DNA of 64,000 nt from assembly GCA_013239625.1 (NCBI GenBank), contig MU054338.1, positions 4,055,371-4,119,370 on the forward strand. The letters run 5' to 3'. A program made the position numbers and the translations under genes. Position 1 is the stretch's first letter; each line of letters opens with the position of its first letter. Under the pieces are notes generated by a model. The model had not been told where the DNA came from and ran no database searches. It worked only from the letters and a program-made list of their open reading frames with translations. Positions 24,152 to 35,450 of the stretch are shown here, piece by piece. The DNA comes from Lama guanicoe. Its lineage: Eukaryota.

Positions 24152-24641
24152 GGAATACTACTCAGCCATAAAAAGGAATGAAATAATGCCATTGGCAGCA
24201 ACATGGATGGACCCAGAGATTACCATACTAAGTGAAGTAAGACAGACAGACAAAGATAAATGTCAAATGATATCACTTATATGTTGAATACAAAAATGAT
24301 ACACATGAATTTATTTACAAAACAGAAACTGATTCACAGACACAGAAACCAAACTTATGAGTACCAAAGGGGAAGGTGTGTGGGAGGGATAAACTGGGAG
24401 TATGGGATTTACAGATGCACCCTACCACATACAACACAGGTAAACAACAAGGATTTATTGTATAGAATGGAGAACTATATTCAATATCTTGTAATAAACT
24501 ATAATGGAAAAGAATCTGAAAAAGAATATATATATTTACACACACATACACACACATATATATACAAAACTGAAACACTTTGCTGTACACCAGAAACTAA
24601 CACAACATTATAAATCAACTATACTTCAATTTTTAAAAAAT
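23942..24641 (+). mobile_element. Younger 5'-truncated L1 3' end nested in L1M, with TSD
   Basis: AAAGATACATGCACCCCAATGTTC...TGCTGTACACCAGAAACTAACACAACATT...; direct repeat GTTGCCAAGG at 23932-23941 and 24642-24651. Confidence 0.85.
24076..24150. repeat. Compound (GATA)n(GACA)n(GATA)n tetranucleotide microsatellite
   Basis: Directly visible, about 18 units. Confidence 0.97.
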
Positions 24642-26289
24642 GTTGCCAAGGCAGTTCAATGCAAAAAAGACAGCTTTTCAACAAATAATGCTAGATATAT
24701 GCAAACAAATTAAATAACTTAGAGAATTTAGAACTTTACTTCACATCATATACAAAAATTAACTCAAAATGTATCAGACACCTAAAATGTAAAAGCCAAA
24801 ACTATAAAATTGCTGGGGGAAAGAAAAACATAGGAGAAAATTTCTGTGCCCTTGGACCAGGTAAAGTTTTCTTAGACATGACACCAAAGGACAAACTACA
24901 AACGAAAGAAATGACAACACTGAACTTCATCAAGATTCAAAATTCTTGACCTTCAAAAGATATTATCAAGCAAGTGTCAACTTGAACATGAAGACAAAAA
25001 TATTTAAGAATCATCTATGTGCTAAAGGACCTATAGTCAAAAAATACAACGAACTCTTAGCATTCAACAATAAAAAGACAAATGATTCAACTTACAGATG
25101 AGCAAAGGATTTGAATGAACATTTCTCTAAAGATATGCAAATGGCCAACAAGCACACGGAGAGATGCTCAACATCTTTAGCCATCAGGGAAATGCAGAGT
25201 AAAACCACGAGATACCACGTCACACCCACCAGGACAGCTAACGCAAAAAACCTGAGACTATCGAGTATGGCTGGGGATGTGGAGACATCACCGGTGGGAG
25301 TGTAACACTGTATAGCTACTTTCAAAAGCAGCTTAGAAGTTTTTAAAATGTCTAACAGGGAGTTACTATGTGACTCAGGAGATCAACGCCTAGGTATATC
25401 TATATACATGCCCCAGAGAAAGGAAAACATTCCTACACAAAAACTTTTACGTGGATGTTCATAGCCCCGTGATTTATAATCACCAAATGCTCAGGAAAAG
25501 TCCAAATGTCCATCAGCTGATGAATTGGTTGGTACATCCAAATAACATGATACTATGAATGAACTACGGATACATGCGGATGAACTGATGCTAAGTGGAG
25601 GAAGCCAGACACGAAAAACTCAATGTTGTATTATCCCATTTATGTGAAATTTCTAGCAAAGCCAAAACTATGCTGACAGAATGCAGATGAGTGGTTCCCT
25701 GGGGCTGGGAGTAGGAGCAGAATGGATCTCATACAGGCACAAGGGAACTTCCGAAGGTGATGGAGGTGTCCCTGAACTAGACGGTGGTGGTAGTTTCATG
25801 CTGTATGAATTTATTCTAAAACTGTTGTACTGTTACAAGAGGTGATTTTAAGGTTTGTAAATCATGGCTCAAAAGAACCTGGAGGGAAGACTCATTGGTG
25901 GGGCTAGAAGGGCACGTTCCAGGCACCACCCTCAGTCCGCCAGTCCAGAAAGCTCCGTCGTCTCCATGGCAGCTGACTCAACTGTGACCGGGGAAACTGC
26001 GTGTGCCCCAAGCCGCTGAGTCAGGAAACTGCCGGCCAAGGCAGAGAGCTGAGGTCACCACTGCTGGCCCCAGAGCCACCTCGTTTCTGCCAGGAGCCAG
26101 CCTGGATCTCCCTCTCACCTGTGTCGCTTCCAACTCAGTCATGGTTAGTGGAACCAAAGTTATGCCCAGACCCTCCCCTGCATGGCTTCTGGGGAATCCA
26201 GTTTTTAGCTTTCTAGCTTCCACTTGTTGGACTAGGGTTGGGATCCGTCATCCGCCAGGCCAGTAGGGGCTGTCTCCTGGCTTCTGCCA

Positions 26290-27730
26290 CGTGGCATAAG
26301 TTCATCTGTGTGTATCAACAGCTCGTTTTTATGGCTGAGTCATATTCCGTATCTGAATGTACCATATATATCCATATGCGGATCCTCTCTGGAGAGATGT
26401 CCATTCAAATTCTTTATCACCCATTTTTGAATTGAGTTCTTTGTCTTTTTATTGCTGAGTTACAGTAGTTCTTTATATATCCTGCTTCCAAGTCCTTTGT
26501 GCTGTTTTAGTGACTATACCTTTATAAGATGTTTTGATTTTGGCAGATTAAGGCCTCCTTAATTATTTTTTTTCCTGCACTTTACTATCTATGGAAACTT
26601 TAAAGCCAACCTAAGTTCTATAAAAATTCCTGTTGGGATTTTGACTGAAATTGCATTTATATTCATTAATTTGTGAAAGAATGATGACTGCAATACTGAG
26701 CCTCCTCATTCATTAACATGATGTCTTCTCCAGTTTATTTATGCCTTTTCTTTAGTAAACCTTGGTAATTTCATCTATAATTTTATCTATAACTATCTCA
26801 TCTAATTCTAGTTTATAATTTGTGTTTCTGTGGTGGAATGTGATTTTCCCCTTTTCTAGGTGGTTAATGCTGATATACGGGAAAGCTGGGGTTTCTCTAT
26901 GTTAGTATTATATCTAGATACTTCACTACCAACCTATTTCTCAAAACATACAGGCTTTTTACATAGATGAGTATTATCTTCAGCAATATTTCTTCACTTC
27001 TTTTTCAATATTTACCCCTCATCAAGGCAAGACATATAGCTGATTATACTGTCCCTAAAAATGCTCCAACTCAGCAGAGAAATATATGTACTTTCTCAGT
27101 GGTTCTCATCCTGGCCTCACTGTTCTCTTAAGAGCTGTTCTTTGAGAAATGAAAAGAGGCTCCTAAGTTCAGAAAGGCTTTTTTAAAAAATTATTTTAAT
27201 AATTGGTAAACAAAACTTACCATTTTATGTTAATTGAACATTTTAGTCATTTAAAAAATTTTTTTTCATTTTTAAACAAATAGCTCAGCGGCATTAAGTG
27301 ACATCACTGTGCTTGCTGTACGCCTGGAACTCTGTGCACATTGAACAACTCCCCGTGCCCCGTCTCCCCTGGCAACCACCATTCTACTTTCTGTCTCAAT
27401 GAATCCGACTAATTTAATTACCCAATATGAGTGGAATTGTAAGAATATTTATCTTTTTGTGGCTGGCTTATTTCACTGAGCATAATGTCCTCAAGGTCCA
27501 TCCATGATGTAATGTGTATCAGAATTTCCCTTCTTTTGAAGGCTGACATTCCCCTGGACCACATTTTGCTTATCCATTCTTCCCTTGATGGCCAATGGAT
27601 TGCTTCCTTTTGGCGATTGTGAATAATGCTGCTGTGAACCTGGGTGTGGTCCCTGCTGTCAATTCTCTTGCATATACACCCAGAAATGAGATTACTGGGT
27701 AATAGGGTAATTCTATGCTTAATTTTTTGA
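26290..27730 (-). mobile_element. Antisense old L1M fragments
   Basis: T-rich; GGCTGGCTTATTTCACTGAGCATAATGTCCTCAAGGTCCATCCATG and GGGATTTTGACTGAAATTGCATT. Confidence 0.75.
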
Positions 27731-28895
27731 GTAGCCAGAGAGGCTTTTAAATGATTTCTCAGTTTATTAACCACAACAGCATTCAACAATATTTGAAAAT
27801 ACAGTTGTTCACACATCTGGCAGACCATTCTATCTAGAGACCATGCCTGGTAGGCAAATGAATTCATGAACCCCCAGGCAAAACAACTTGAATCCTTGAC
27901 CTTTTGGGAGCCCTGGGTTCTGCTGACCCTGCCTTGCTTTTTGAAACCCTCTGCTTCCTTGGCCCCCATGACATCACACATTCTGTGCCTGCCTCCACCA
28001 TCTCACTACTCTTTTTCAGATTCCCTTGAGAACTCCTCCTCTGAAGGCCAACAATGAATGCTGAGCAGTGCCTCTGCAATCCCTCCAGCTGTCACACCTG
28101 TACGCAAGACTTTGCTGCTGGCTCCTCCCTGGGGACTGTCACCTTGGTTACCAGGGGCTGTAGGGGCACAGGGTGAAGGGCCTTCTCGGGTGGACCCCAG
28201 CTCCCTAACACTGGCCTCTGGAAAGGCACAGCAGGCTGTGTTGCCATGATGGTTCCGGACTGCAGAATCCACAGTTGACGTCTTAAGGGCTGGCCACAGG
28301 CAGGAGTGTTCTGGACATCCAGGGTGGAGACTGCTGCCCCTCTGTGGCTAGAGCTGGGGGCAGGGAGGGCTGTTTGTGACCGAAAATGAAGGAAAGAAAC
28401 CAGAGACAGGAGTAGGCCATGCCTTCCTGATGACAGAGAAGGGTGAAAATGTGTTGTGGGTGGAAGGCAGGGGCTGGGTGCCCAGACATTTCAGCTTCTA
28501 CCAGGGATGAATCGCTGCACGTGGGTGGGGGATGGGCACAGAAAGTGCTGGAAAACGATTCTTTACTAACATGGCCAGCAGGATCCATGTGATCTGCCCC
28601 TCCCCACTTGTCTTGTTTCATCTCCTTCTGCGCCTGCCCCCCTTTTCATTATCTTCCAGCCCCAGCAGCCTACATCACGTTGCTTCCTTCTCACATGCTT
28701 CTCCCTCTCTTCTTAAACTGGTCAACTCCTACCCATTGTTCAGAGACGCCCTCCCTGACCACCTGGTGACTAGGTGGGAGCCCTGTGCCTCCACACGGCT
28801 GGACACTCCCTGCCCTCCACTCGGCTGTGACTTTGTTTATATGAACATCTGTCTGTCCGGTGCTGGGAGACCAAGTGCCCCTTGGACAAGTGAGA

Positions 28896-28989
28896 ATGTC
28901 AGTGAAAGTACTTGGGACACCACATCCCCACTCCCAGATACTGAGTTCAGTGAAGGAGAGACTTCATCCTGTAGAAATGAAAGCCAGAG
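28896..28989 (+). pseudogene. Candidate first coding exon of the ACSBG3-like remnant
   Basis: ATG with A at -3; open frame MSVKVLGTPHPHSQILSSVKERLHPVEMKAR; phase-1 donor AG|GTCGGG matches the phase needed by the pseudo-exon at 29616. Homology not confirmable by eye. Confidence 0.4.
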
Positions 28990-29463
28990 GTCGGGGGCTT
29001 CTCGGGCCCCGGCTGGGGTTGGTAGGGCTCCCAGAGAGGCCAGTTTGAGGGTGGGGCTGGCTGTTCAGGGATGACCGAGGGTGTCTGAAACTGTGCTGGC
29101 ATCCTTGAGGTCCAGTCAGGACCGTTTTTTGGGAGGGAAAGGAACACTGTCCCTGTGGCTGGATGCTGGGCTGGGAGTACCTGTGTGTGCAGGTGGTCAC
29201 CTGTTGTCAGAGGCACCTGAGCCGGGGGCAGAGGCGGGGCGGTGTCCAGAGGAGGGGCAGTAGGATTGAGCTGCCTGCTTGCTGGGGGGTCTGCTGCTGT
29301 CCTCAGCCCTGTGGGCCAGTGCATCTGTCTGTCCACCTGTCCTTGAGTCCTTTTCTGTGTCTCCCTGTTGGTCTCTACCTTTCTCAGCGACCCCGTCTTT
29401 CTCGCTCTATCCTTCCTGCCTCTCCCCCCGCCCCCACTCTCCCGTGACTTCCTCTGCCCCCTC

Positions 29464-29626
29464 AGTGCCGCACCCCCACCTCGGTGCCCCTCCTCCCCGT
29501 CCCCACCTACCTGGGGTCTCGGCCTGTCCGCAGGTCACCGCTACAAGTGCCCCTCCCCCACCTCGGTGCCCCTCCTCCCCGTCCCCACCTACCTGGGGTC
29601 TCGGCCTGTCCGCAGGTCACCGCTAC
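29464..29626 (+). repeat. 82-bp tandem duplication spanning the pseudo-exon splice acceptor
   Basis: 29473-29544 is identical to 29555-29626 (72 nt); AGTGCC recurs at 29464 and 29546. Confidence 0.95.
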
Positions 29627-29832
29627 TGGACAAGGTGTGACGGCGAGGTGCGCCTGCGGCAGGAGGCCTCCCCCACTAGCGAGGCGCCCAACACTTCCCT
29701 GTACGAGACGGTCTGGGACACGGCCATCAGGTACGGCAGCTCAACGCGCTCGGCTCGCAGCACAGGAACGGCCGGCACCTGCTCGCTCACACGCAGTACT
29801 CGCACCGACGTGCCGCCAAGGCCTTCCTCAAG
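29616..29832 (+). pseudogene. Frameshifted exon of a second bubblegum acyl-CoA synthetase (ACSBG3-like N-terminal exon)
   Basis: Acceptor ccgcag|; frame A GHRYWTRCDGEVRLRQEASPTSEAPNTSLYETVWDTAIRYG; frame B from 29740 LNALGSQHRNGRHLLAHTQYSHRRAAKAFLK; donor AAG|GTACTG. Matches the ACSBG N-terminal pattern WT..DGEV.LR...ALGS...Y...RRAAKAFLK. The 217-nt length breaks phase. Confidence 0.85.
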
Positions 29833-29842
29833 GTACTGCGTG

Positions 29843-29946
29843 CCTCCTGCGCCTGCGCACCGGCCCCTTCCCCTCCTGCACCTGCGCACTGGCCCCTGCC
29901 CCTCCTGCGCCTGCGCACTGGTCCTTGCCCCTCCTGCGCCTGCGCT
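29843..29946 (+). repeat. 29-bp GC-rich minisatellite (about 3.6 copies) carrying NRF1-type motifs
   Basis: Units start at 29843, 29872, 29901 and 29930; cores TGCGCCTGCGCA (29848, 29906), TGCACCTGCGCA (29877), TGCGCCTGCGCT (29935). Confidence 0.9.
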
Positions 29947-30169
29947 GTTCCTCCTTCCTGCACGGGGCCCACGTTGCCTTCGCATCTTGGTTTGGCGGGT
30001 TTCTTCGAGGCAGCCTGAGTTCGCGGATTCAAATCTCACCTCGGCCTTACCCGCGTTTTTGCTCAGATTCCTTGGCCTCATTCATCAAGATGTATACATT
30101 AAATGCGTGAGATTTTTTGTAAAAAAAAAAATTGGCTTGACCGTGACTCAGTTTCCCCATCTTTAAAAT

Positions 30170-30392
30170 GGGGGGGTATACAGATAGATATACATTACTA
30201 TATATAAAATAGGTAACAAGGACCTATTGTATAGCACAGGATACTATATTCAATTTCTTGTAATAACATAATGGAAAAGAATCTGAAAAGAAAATACTTA
30301 TATGTATGTATATGTATAACTGAATTGCTTTGCTGCACACCTGAAACTAACATTGTAAATCAACTACTCTTAATAAAAAATTAAACAAATTT
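30170..30392 (+). mobile_element. Short L1 3'-end insertion interrupting a MIR
   Basis: AAGGACCTATTGTATAGCACAGG...CACCTGAAACTAACATTGTAAATCAACTA plus A tail; flanked by TTTAAAATGGGG / TTTAAATAGGGG. Confidence 0.75.
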
Positions 30393-30838
30393 TAAATAGG
30401 GGTTATATATAGCCATAAGTCAAATTAAAAAATTTAAATTTAAACATGAACATACCCACTTTCGTTTATTTTATATTAAAATTAAAATGTATTTTTATAT
30501 TGGCCTTTTCACATAAATATATAAAATAAAATAGACTTGCTACAAGGCTTCAGTGAGTTTGTACATATCAAACAGCTCCTGGCATACACTAAGCCCTGCG
30601 TCATTAGCTGTTACTCTTACAGTTGCTGCTATTCATGGTGTCTCTTCTCCAGTGAGTCCCATTTCCTTCAAGAAGTCTTGATCACACTGACTCCCCAAAC
30701 TCACTACCCAGCTGGTGCTTTCTATCACACACCCATTTAAAATGTTCTGCCCAACTCTGTTGGTCCCCTGCTACCATGGTTGTATCATTTATTTGTTTAG
30801 TCAGTCAATTCCATGAGGACCAGGGGTTGGCCTACCTT

Positions 30839-31273
30839 TGAGACAGGCTGGGACCTAGGACCCAGGACCCTGTGTTGTAGTGCTTGCACCCGGACAAATG
30901 TCTCCTCAAACAACAGAATACAGAGAAACCATAAGGAACTAAAAATAAATACAAAAAGATCAAAACCCAATTGCTACTTCTGAAGTGTCCAGAGCAAAAG
31001 TAGGGTACTGTGCATGATCCCTGCACACAGGACCACCAAGAGGATGGGTAGACCCCTAAGCTATCCCTCCAGCCTCACCTACCCATCTTCCCCTACCCTC
31101 ACCCTATTTAAGGGACCAGCTTGCCCCCCACCTCAGGGAATGAGCAAAGGGACCTGTTGTTTTCACTCCCTTCCGCTGTAGCATGAGTCCCAGTAAAGCC
31201 TTGCCTGAAATTCTCATCTGGCCTCTTATCAATTTCTGTTGATTACGGAGTCCAAGAACCCCAGTCAGTAATA
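30839..31273 (+). mobile_element. Probable ERV1-class solo LTR
   Basis: Starts TGAGACAGG; TATA-like TATTTAAG at about 31106; AGTAAA polyA-like signal then GCCTTGCCTGAAATT...GTAATA end. No TSD found. Confidence 0.6.
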
Positions 31274-32449
31274 GTTCGTGCTACATGGGTCCCCATGCTC
31301 TAGGACGGCACAGGCCCTCAGGCGTGTGCTCAGTGAATGAACACCCACTTTTCGGACTGGGAAAAGGGAAATAAGAGACCCCAAGGGGCTTGTCAGGTCA
31401 ACTTCATAAACAAATTAGACAGAGATCAGGAAAAAATTTACGCATGTGAGGAGGTAGACTAGCCAGGACTAGCGGCTGAAATTTAACACACAGAGAGCCT
31501 CTCTGAGAAAGAGATTTCAACAAAGACTTAAATGAGGTGGGAGCTTCTGTGAGTATCTGGGGGAAAGTATTCTAGGCAGAGGTAACAGGCAGTGCTAAGG
31601 CCCTGGGGCAGGAACGTGTCTAGCAAACTGGAGGAACAGAGAGGAGGCCCGTGGTGGCTGGAGCAAAGTGAGGGGTGGGGGGAGTAGGAGGTGAGAGCAG
31701 GGAGGGAACAGGGGTGGGGGGTGCAGAATCTTGTGGGCTCCGGGGAGGACCTGGGGCTTCCCCTGGCTACCCCCATCTTGGAGGGCTGTGGGCAGCTCAG
31801 GCAGGAACCTGACTCAGGTGCTCACAGCCGTCCTCTGGTGGAAACATCATTAGAGGCTAGGTGAAGAGTGCCAAGATCTCTGCAGGAAGAGTTTCACGTT
31901 GAGGGCTCTGAAAGAGACAAAACCCGACATGGTAAGCTCATGGATTTCTTTACCTTGAAAAACACTTGTGCTCTTTCAGTGAGACGTACAGGGGCTGCTG
32001 CATGGGCCTGTCATCCTCTTGAGAGATGGTGCAGGAACACTCACGGTCACCCTGAGGTGCATCTGAGGAAGGGATACCCTGAGGCCAGCTCCCGTTTATA
32101 TACCAAGGGGGCCCGGCTGGGGTCAGGGGTTCACACCCTGCACCCCACCCATAGGAAAGAGGTAAGAACTAACCAGTAGGCAAGATCATGCTGCACAGAA
32201 GGGCCTCAGACTCAGACCAGGGTGGGGGGCATGGCTGAAAGCAAGGCTCAGAGTGGGCTGACGAGGCTGTCCTGGCCCAGGAGAGGCTTGATAGAACCCC
32301 CTTCAAGAATCATGCTCACAAACAAGAAGCAGGAACTGTCGGGGGAGGCTGACACCAGGAGCCAGAGGTGGTATGCAGAAGAGCTGACACCCGAGGAAGC
32401 AGAGCTGTTCCCATGAAGGGGCTGGGAACTTGTGTCTAAGAGACTAACA

Positions 32450-33880
32450 TGGGGAGTTGGTGAAAGCGAGCCACTTGGTAAAGGACTTGGAGGTCACTGC
32501 TTCTCAAAGAAAATGCTGAGAAACTGGGAATCAACCACTCTTCCTGGGTCTCTCAGTGAGCTGAGGTCACACAGCAAACTGCTACCCTGAAAACAGGAGA
32601 TGGGTGGATACACTCAGCTTACCTGGAGCAGAAACCACGGCCTGGGTCAGCATCTGGTGGGAACATGAGGGATAGCTGGCTCATTGCTGGAGATGGAGCA
32701 TGGACTAGCTTGAGAGGTGAGAATGCCTGGGGACCCAGCCTTGGGGTGGGGGTAGGGGTCACACATCATGATTTCACCTCCAGGAACCCCACCAGGTTCT
32801 CATAGTGAAGATTTGAAGAGAAAAAACAAAAACAAAACAAAAAAATCTCCAGTGTTTCCTGCAGGAAGCAGAGGAAGAAAGCATCCTGTTCTCCTTAACA
32901 AAGGCCTGCCCTCCTGGGAAACTGTTTTACCAGAGCCTGACCAAAATGGCTTACACTATGGTTTAACTGACCTGGAGGAAGGGAAATACACAACTCCAGC
33001 CCTCTCTAGACTTCTTATCACCTAAGGATACAAAAACAAAACCAAAAGCTGAGGAGCACTTGTGAAGGTTGCAGTCCGAGGGCACAAGCTCACTGAAAGA
33101 TGGACACCACAGGACACTTCCTACCACAGCACCGACTGGGCTCCTGTGTAGTAACAGGGGATTACAGATGGAAGGACTGCAAGGCTCAGATTCTGTTGTA
33201 AAAGGAGTCACCAGCGAAACCATGATGACAGGGGAGACAAAGTCAAGGACACCTACAGCTACAGCAAACAGCAAATTCAGACTAGCTCCTAGCCAGAGGA
33301 ACATAAAACCTCGCCCTCAAGGGCTGTTCACCTCAGTTCCTTACACCCAGGATGCCATGCCCAGCTTTCAACAGAAAATTACAAGACAGGCTAAAGGGCA
33401 AAAAAAAAAAAAAAAAAACACCAAAAACCCCACAGTCTGAAAAGATGGAGCAAGGGTGAGAACCAGACTCCAATGTGGCAGAGATTTTGAAGTTTTCAGA
33501 CAGTGAACTTAAGACAACTCTGATGACTGTGAAGAGCATGCCGTGGGCCCTAGTGGGGAACGTGCAAGGACAGATGAGTCATGTAAGCAGAGATGGAAAC
33601 TCTAAGAGAGAATCAAAAGGAAATGCTAGAAATCAAGAACTAGAATGGAAACAAAGAATGCCTTTGAGTGTCTTGACAGTAGCCAGGACACAGCTGTGGA
33701 AAAAATCAGGGAGCCTGAAGATATGTCAATAGGAACTTCCTAAACTGGAAAGCGAAGAGAAAAAAAGACTGAAAGAGAAAAAGAAAAAGGAAAGAAGGAA
33801 CAGGATATCCAAGGACTGGGGCACAATTAAAAAAGGTGTAACGTACGCATAATGGGAGTTGGTTAGAGATCTGAAAGGTG
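32450..33880 (+). mobile_element. Old L1M 5' region and ORF1 remnant
   Basis: CAGCTTTCAACAGAAAATTACAAGACAGGCTAAAGGGCAA...TCAGACAGTGAACTTAAGACAACT...AACAGGATATCCAAGGACTGGGGCACAA. Confidence 0.65.
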
Positions 33881-34699
33881 AATCCCGGAGGCTCCAACTG
33901 ATGCACATTTTTAAAAGTCAGAAACAAAAACAATGTTAACGTGAAACTTCAGGACAACAAGATCAAGGAAAATATTCTAAAACTTCGGCTGATTAGGTTA
34001 TGTGGAAAAACAAACATGCAAAAATATCTGGGAAATTTCTTTAAGAAGAATATTGATGAAGGCCAACTAGCCCTACCAGATATTAAAGAAATTACAAAAT
34101 GGCAGTAATTAAGTGCTCAGTGATGGGGCAGAAACAGGCACACAGAAGAAAGCCAGGGACAGATACAAATATACGCAGGAATTCAGCGATGTTACCAATG
34201 GGGCCCTACCTCACAGCAAAACAAATCCCAGATAGAACAAACTCAAAGATGAGACAGAAAAAAAAAAAAAGAGAGAGGGAGGGAAGAAAACATGAGAGGA
34301 CTTGAAAAAACAAATCCTAGACAAGAAGTAAACTAAAAACCATCAAAAGAAAAGATTACAGCATGATGGGAAGTGGCATAAGCAAAACCTATGGGCAGAC
34401 TGGGGGGGTGCAGACAAAACACACCACAAAGGCCTACATCTCATATCCCACAAGAAGCTCCTAAAAATACAGAGACACACAAGCCTGCAGACACAAGCAC
34501 CAAGAAACCTGGTAGAAAACAGGCAGGCCCACTGCCAAAGCTGTTATCAGAGACGCAGTCACCCACCTGCATGCATGCAGTTGTGTAGTTACAGAAGTGA
34601 ATGAGGGAGGACGGTCTAAAGGCCCACCAGCAGGACTAGTTACAGAAACTTTGGTGCATTTACACAACACACTAATTTGGAACAAACTCTTAAGATGCA

Positions 34700-34843
34700 T
34701 TAAAAAAGGATGATATGAAGATGAATATATGTATGTTCCTATATGACTGAAGTACTGTGCTGTACACCAGAAATTGACACAACATTGTAAACTGACTGTA
34801 TTTCAATCAAAATATATTAAAAGATTAAAAAAATTTAAAAAAA
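34700..34843 (+). mobile_element. Short L1 3'-end insertion with TSD
   Basis: TGCTGTACACCAGAAATTGACACAACATTGTAAACTGAC plus A tail; direct repeat AAGATGCA at 34692 and 34844. Confidence 0.8.
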
Positions 34844-35139
34844 AAGATGCACGTTTGCTACCACTTATAAGGGAACTATGTCTTGTTCACACACAGATGG
34901 CTCCCAAGAGTTACAAAAGAAATGGATAAGGAAAAGAAACAGGAAAGGGGACCACTGCTCACTGTGTGCACGTGCCCTTGGAAACTTTGTGTTGTGCCTG
35001 CATCACCAAAATATAACCAAAAAAATTTGAAAATATTCAAGCCAAAAACATTTAAAAGGAACAGAGATGTCATCTTGATAAAAGAAACAAATCACTGAAA
35101 TATATGAAGCTGTTTCCAACTAAAAGACCCCCCAAAAAA

Positions 35140-35450
35140 AAAAAAGCCTCGAAGGCATCAGATGAAAGCCACATGATCCCCAAAGGGGCAACACTGAGCC
35201 TTGACGGCTGATTTCTCCACAGAAGCCACAGACGCCAAGAGACGATGGAGCAGAAGGTCAAAAGTGGGGGAAAGACACAACTGCCAATCTGGGATTCTAT
35301 ATCCAGCAAACATATCCTTACAGAATCAAGATGAAATGAAGATGCTGATAGATGAACAAGAGCTGAGAGAATCTATCACAGCACTAAATGAAACGCTAGA
35401 GAGGATTCTTCAGGCTTAAGGAAGATGATTCCAGGTGGAAACACAGAAAT
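35140..35450 (+). mobile_element. L1/HAL1 ORF1 C-terminal remnant
   Basis: TADFSTEATDAKRRW...NCQSGILYPANISLQNQDEMK matches the L1 ORF1 C-terminal domain pattern. Confidence 0.75.

Larger units (their letters stand above)
23765..25870 (+). mobile_element. Old L1M ORF2 3' region and 3' UTR (host of a nested insertion)
   Basis: ATCAAGACAGTGAGGCACTGG...ATGCAAATGGCCAACAAGCAC...AAATGTCCATCAGCTGATGAAT. Confidence 0.8.
29581..30060. promoter_or_regulatory. Small orphan CpG island
   Basis: About 44 CpG in 480 nt by manual count, very GC-rich; the downstream flank is CpG-poor and AT-rich. Confidence 0.75.

Noticed and set aside
29534..29832. Idea that the duplicated acceptor (+82 nt) rescues the frameshift
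   Set aside because: The 299-nt length would restore phase, but that frame meets TGA at 29638-29640.
29843..29946. CRISPR-like array
   Set aside because: Head-to-tail repeats without unique spacers, no cas genes, mammalian context.
30028..30033. CHR cell-cycle element (TTTGAA on minus)
   Set aside because: Falls in MIR-like GGxTTCAAATC sequence and lacks a correctly spaced CDE.
29279..30166. 295-aa ORF as an intact gene
   Set aside because: Only about 40 residues are ACSBG-like; the rest is intron, tandem repeat and wrong-frame sequence, and the start is not ATG.
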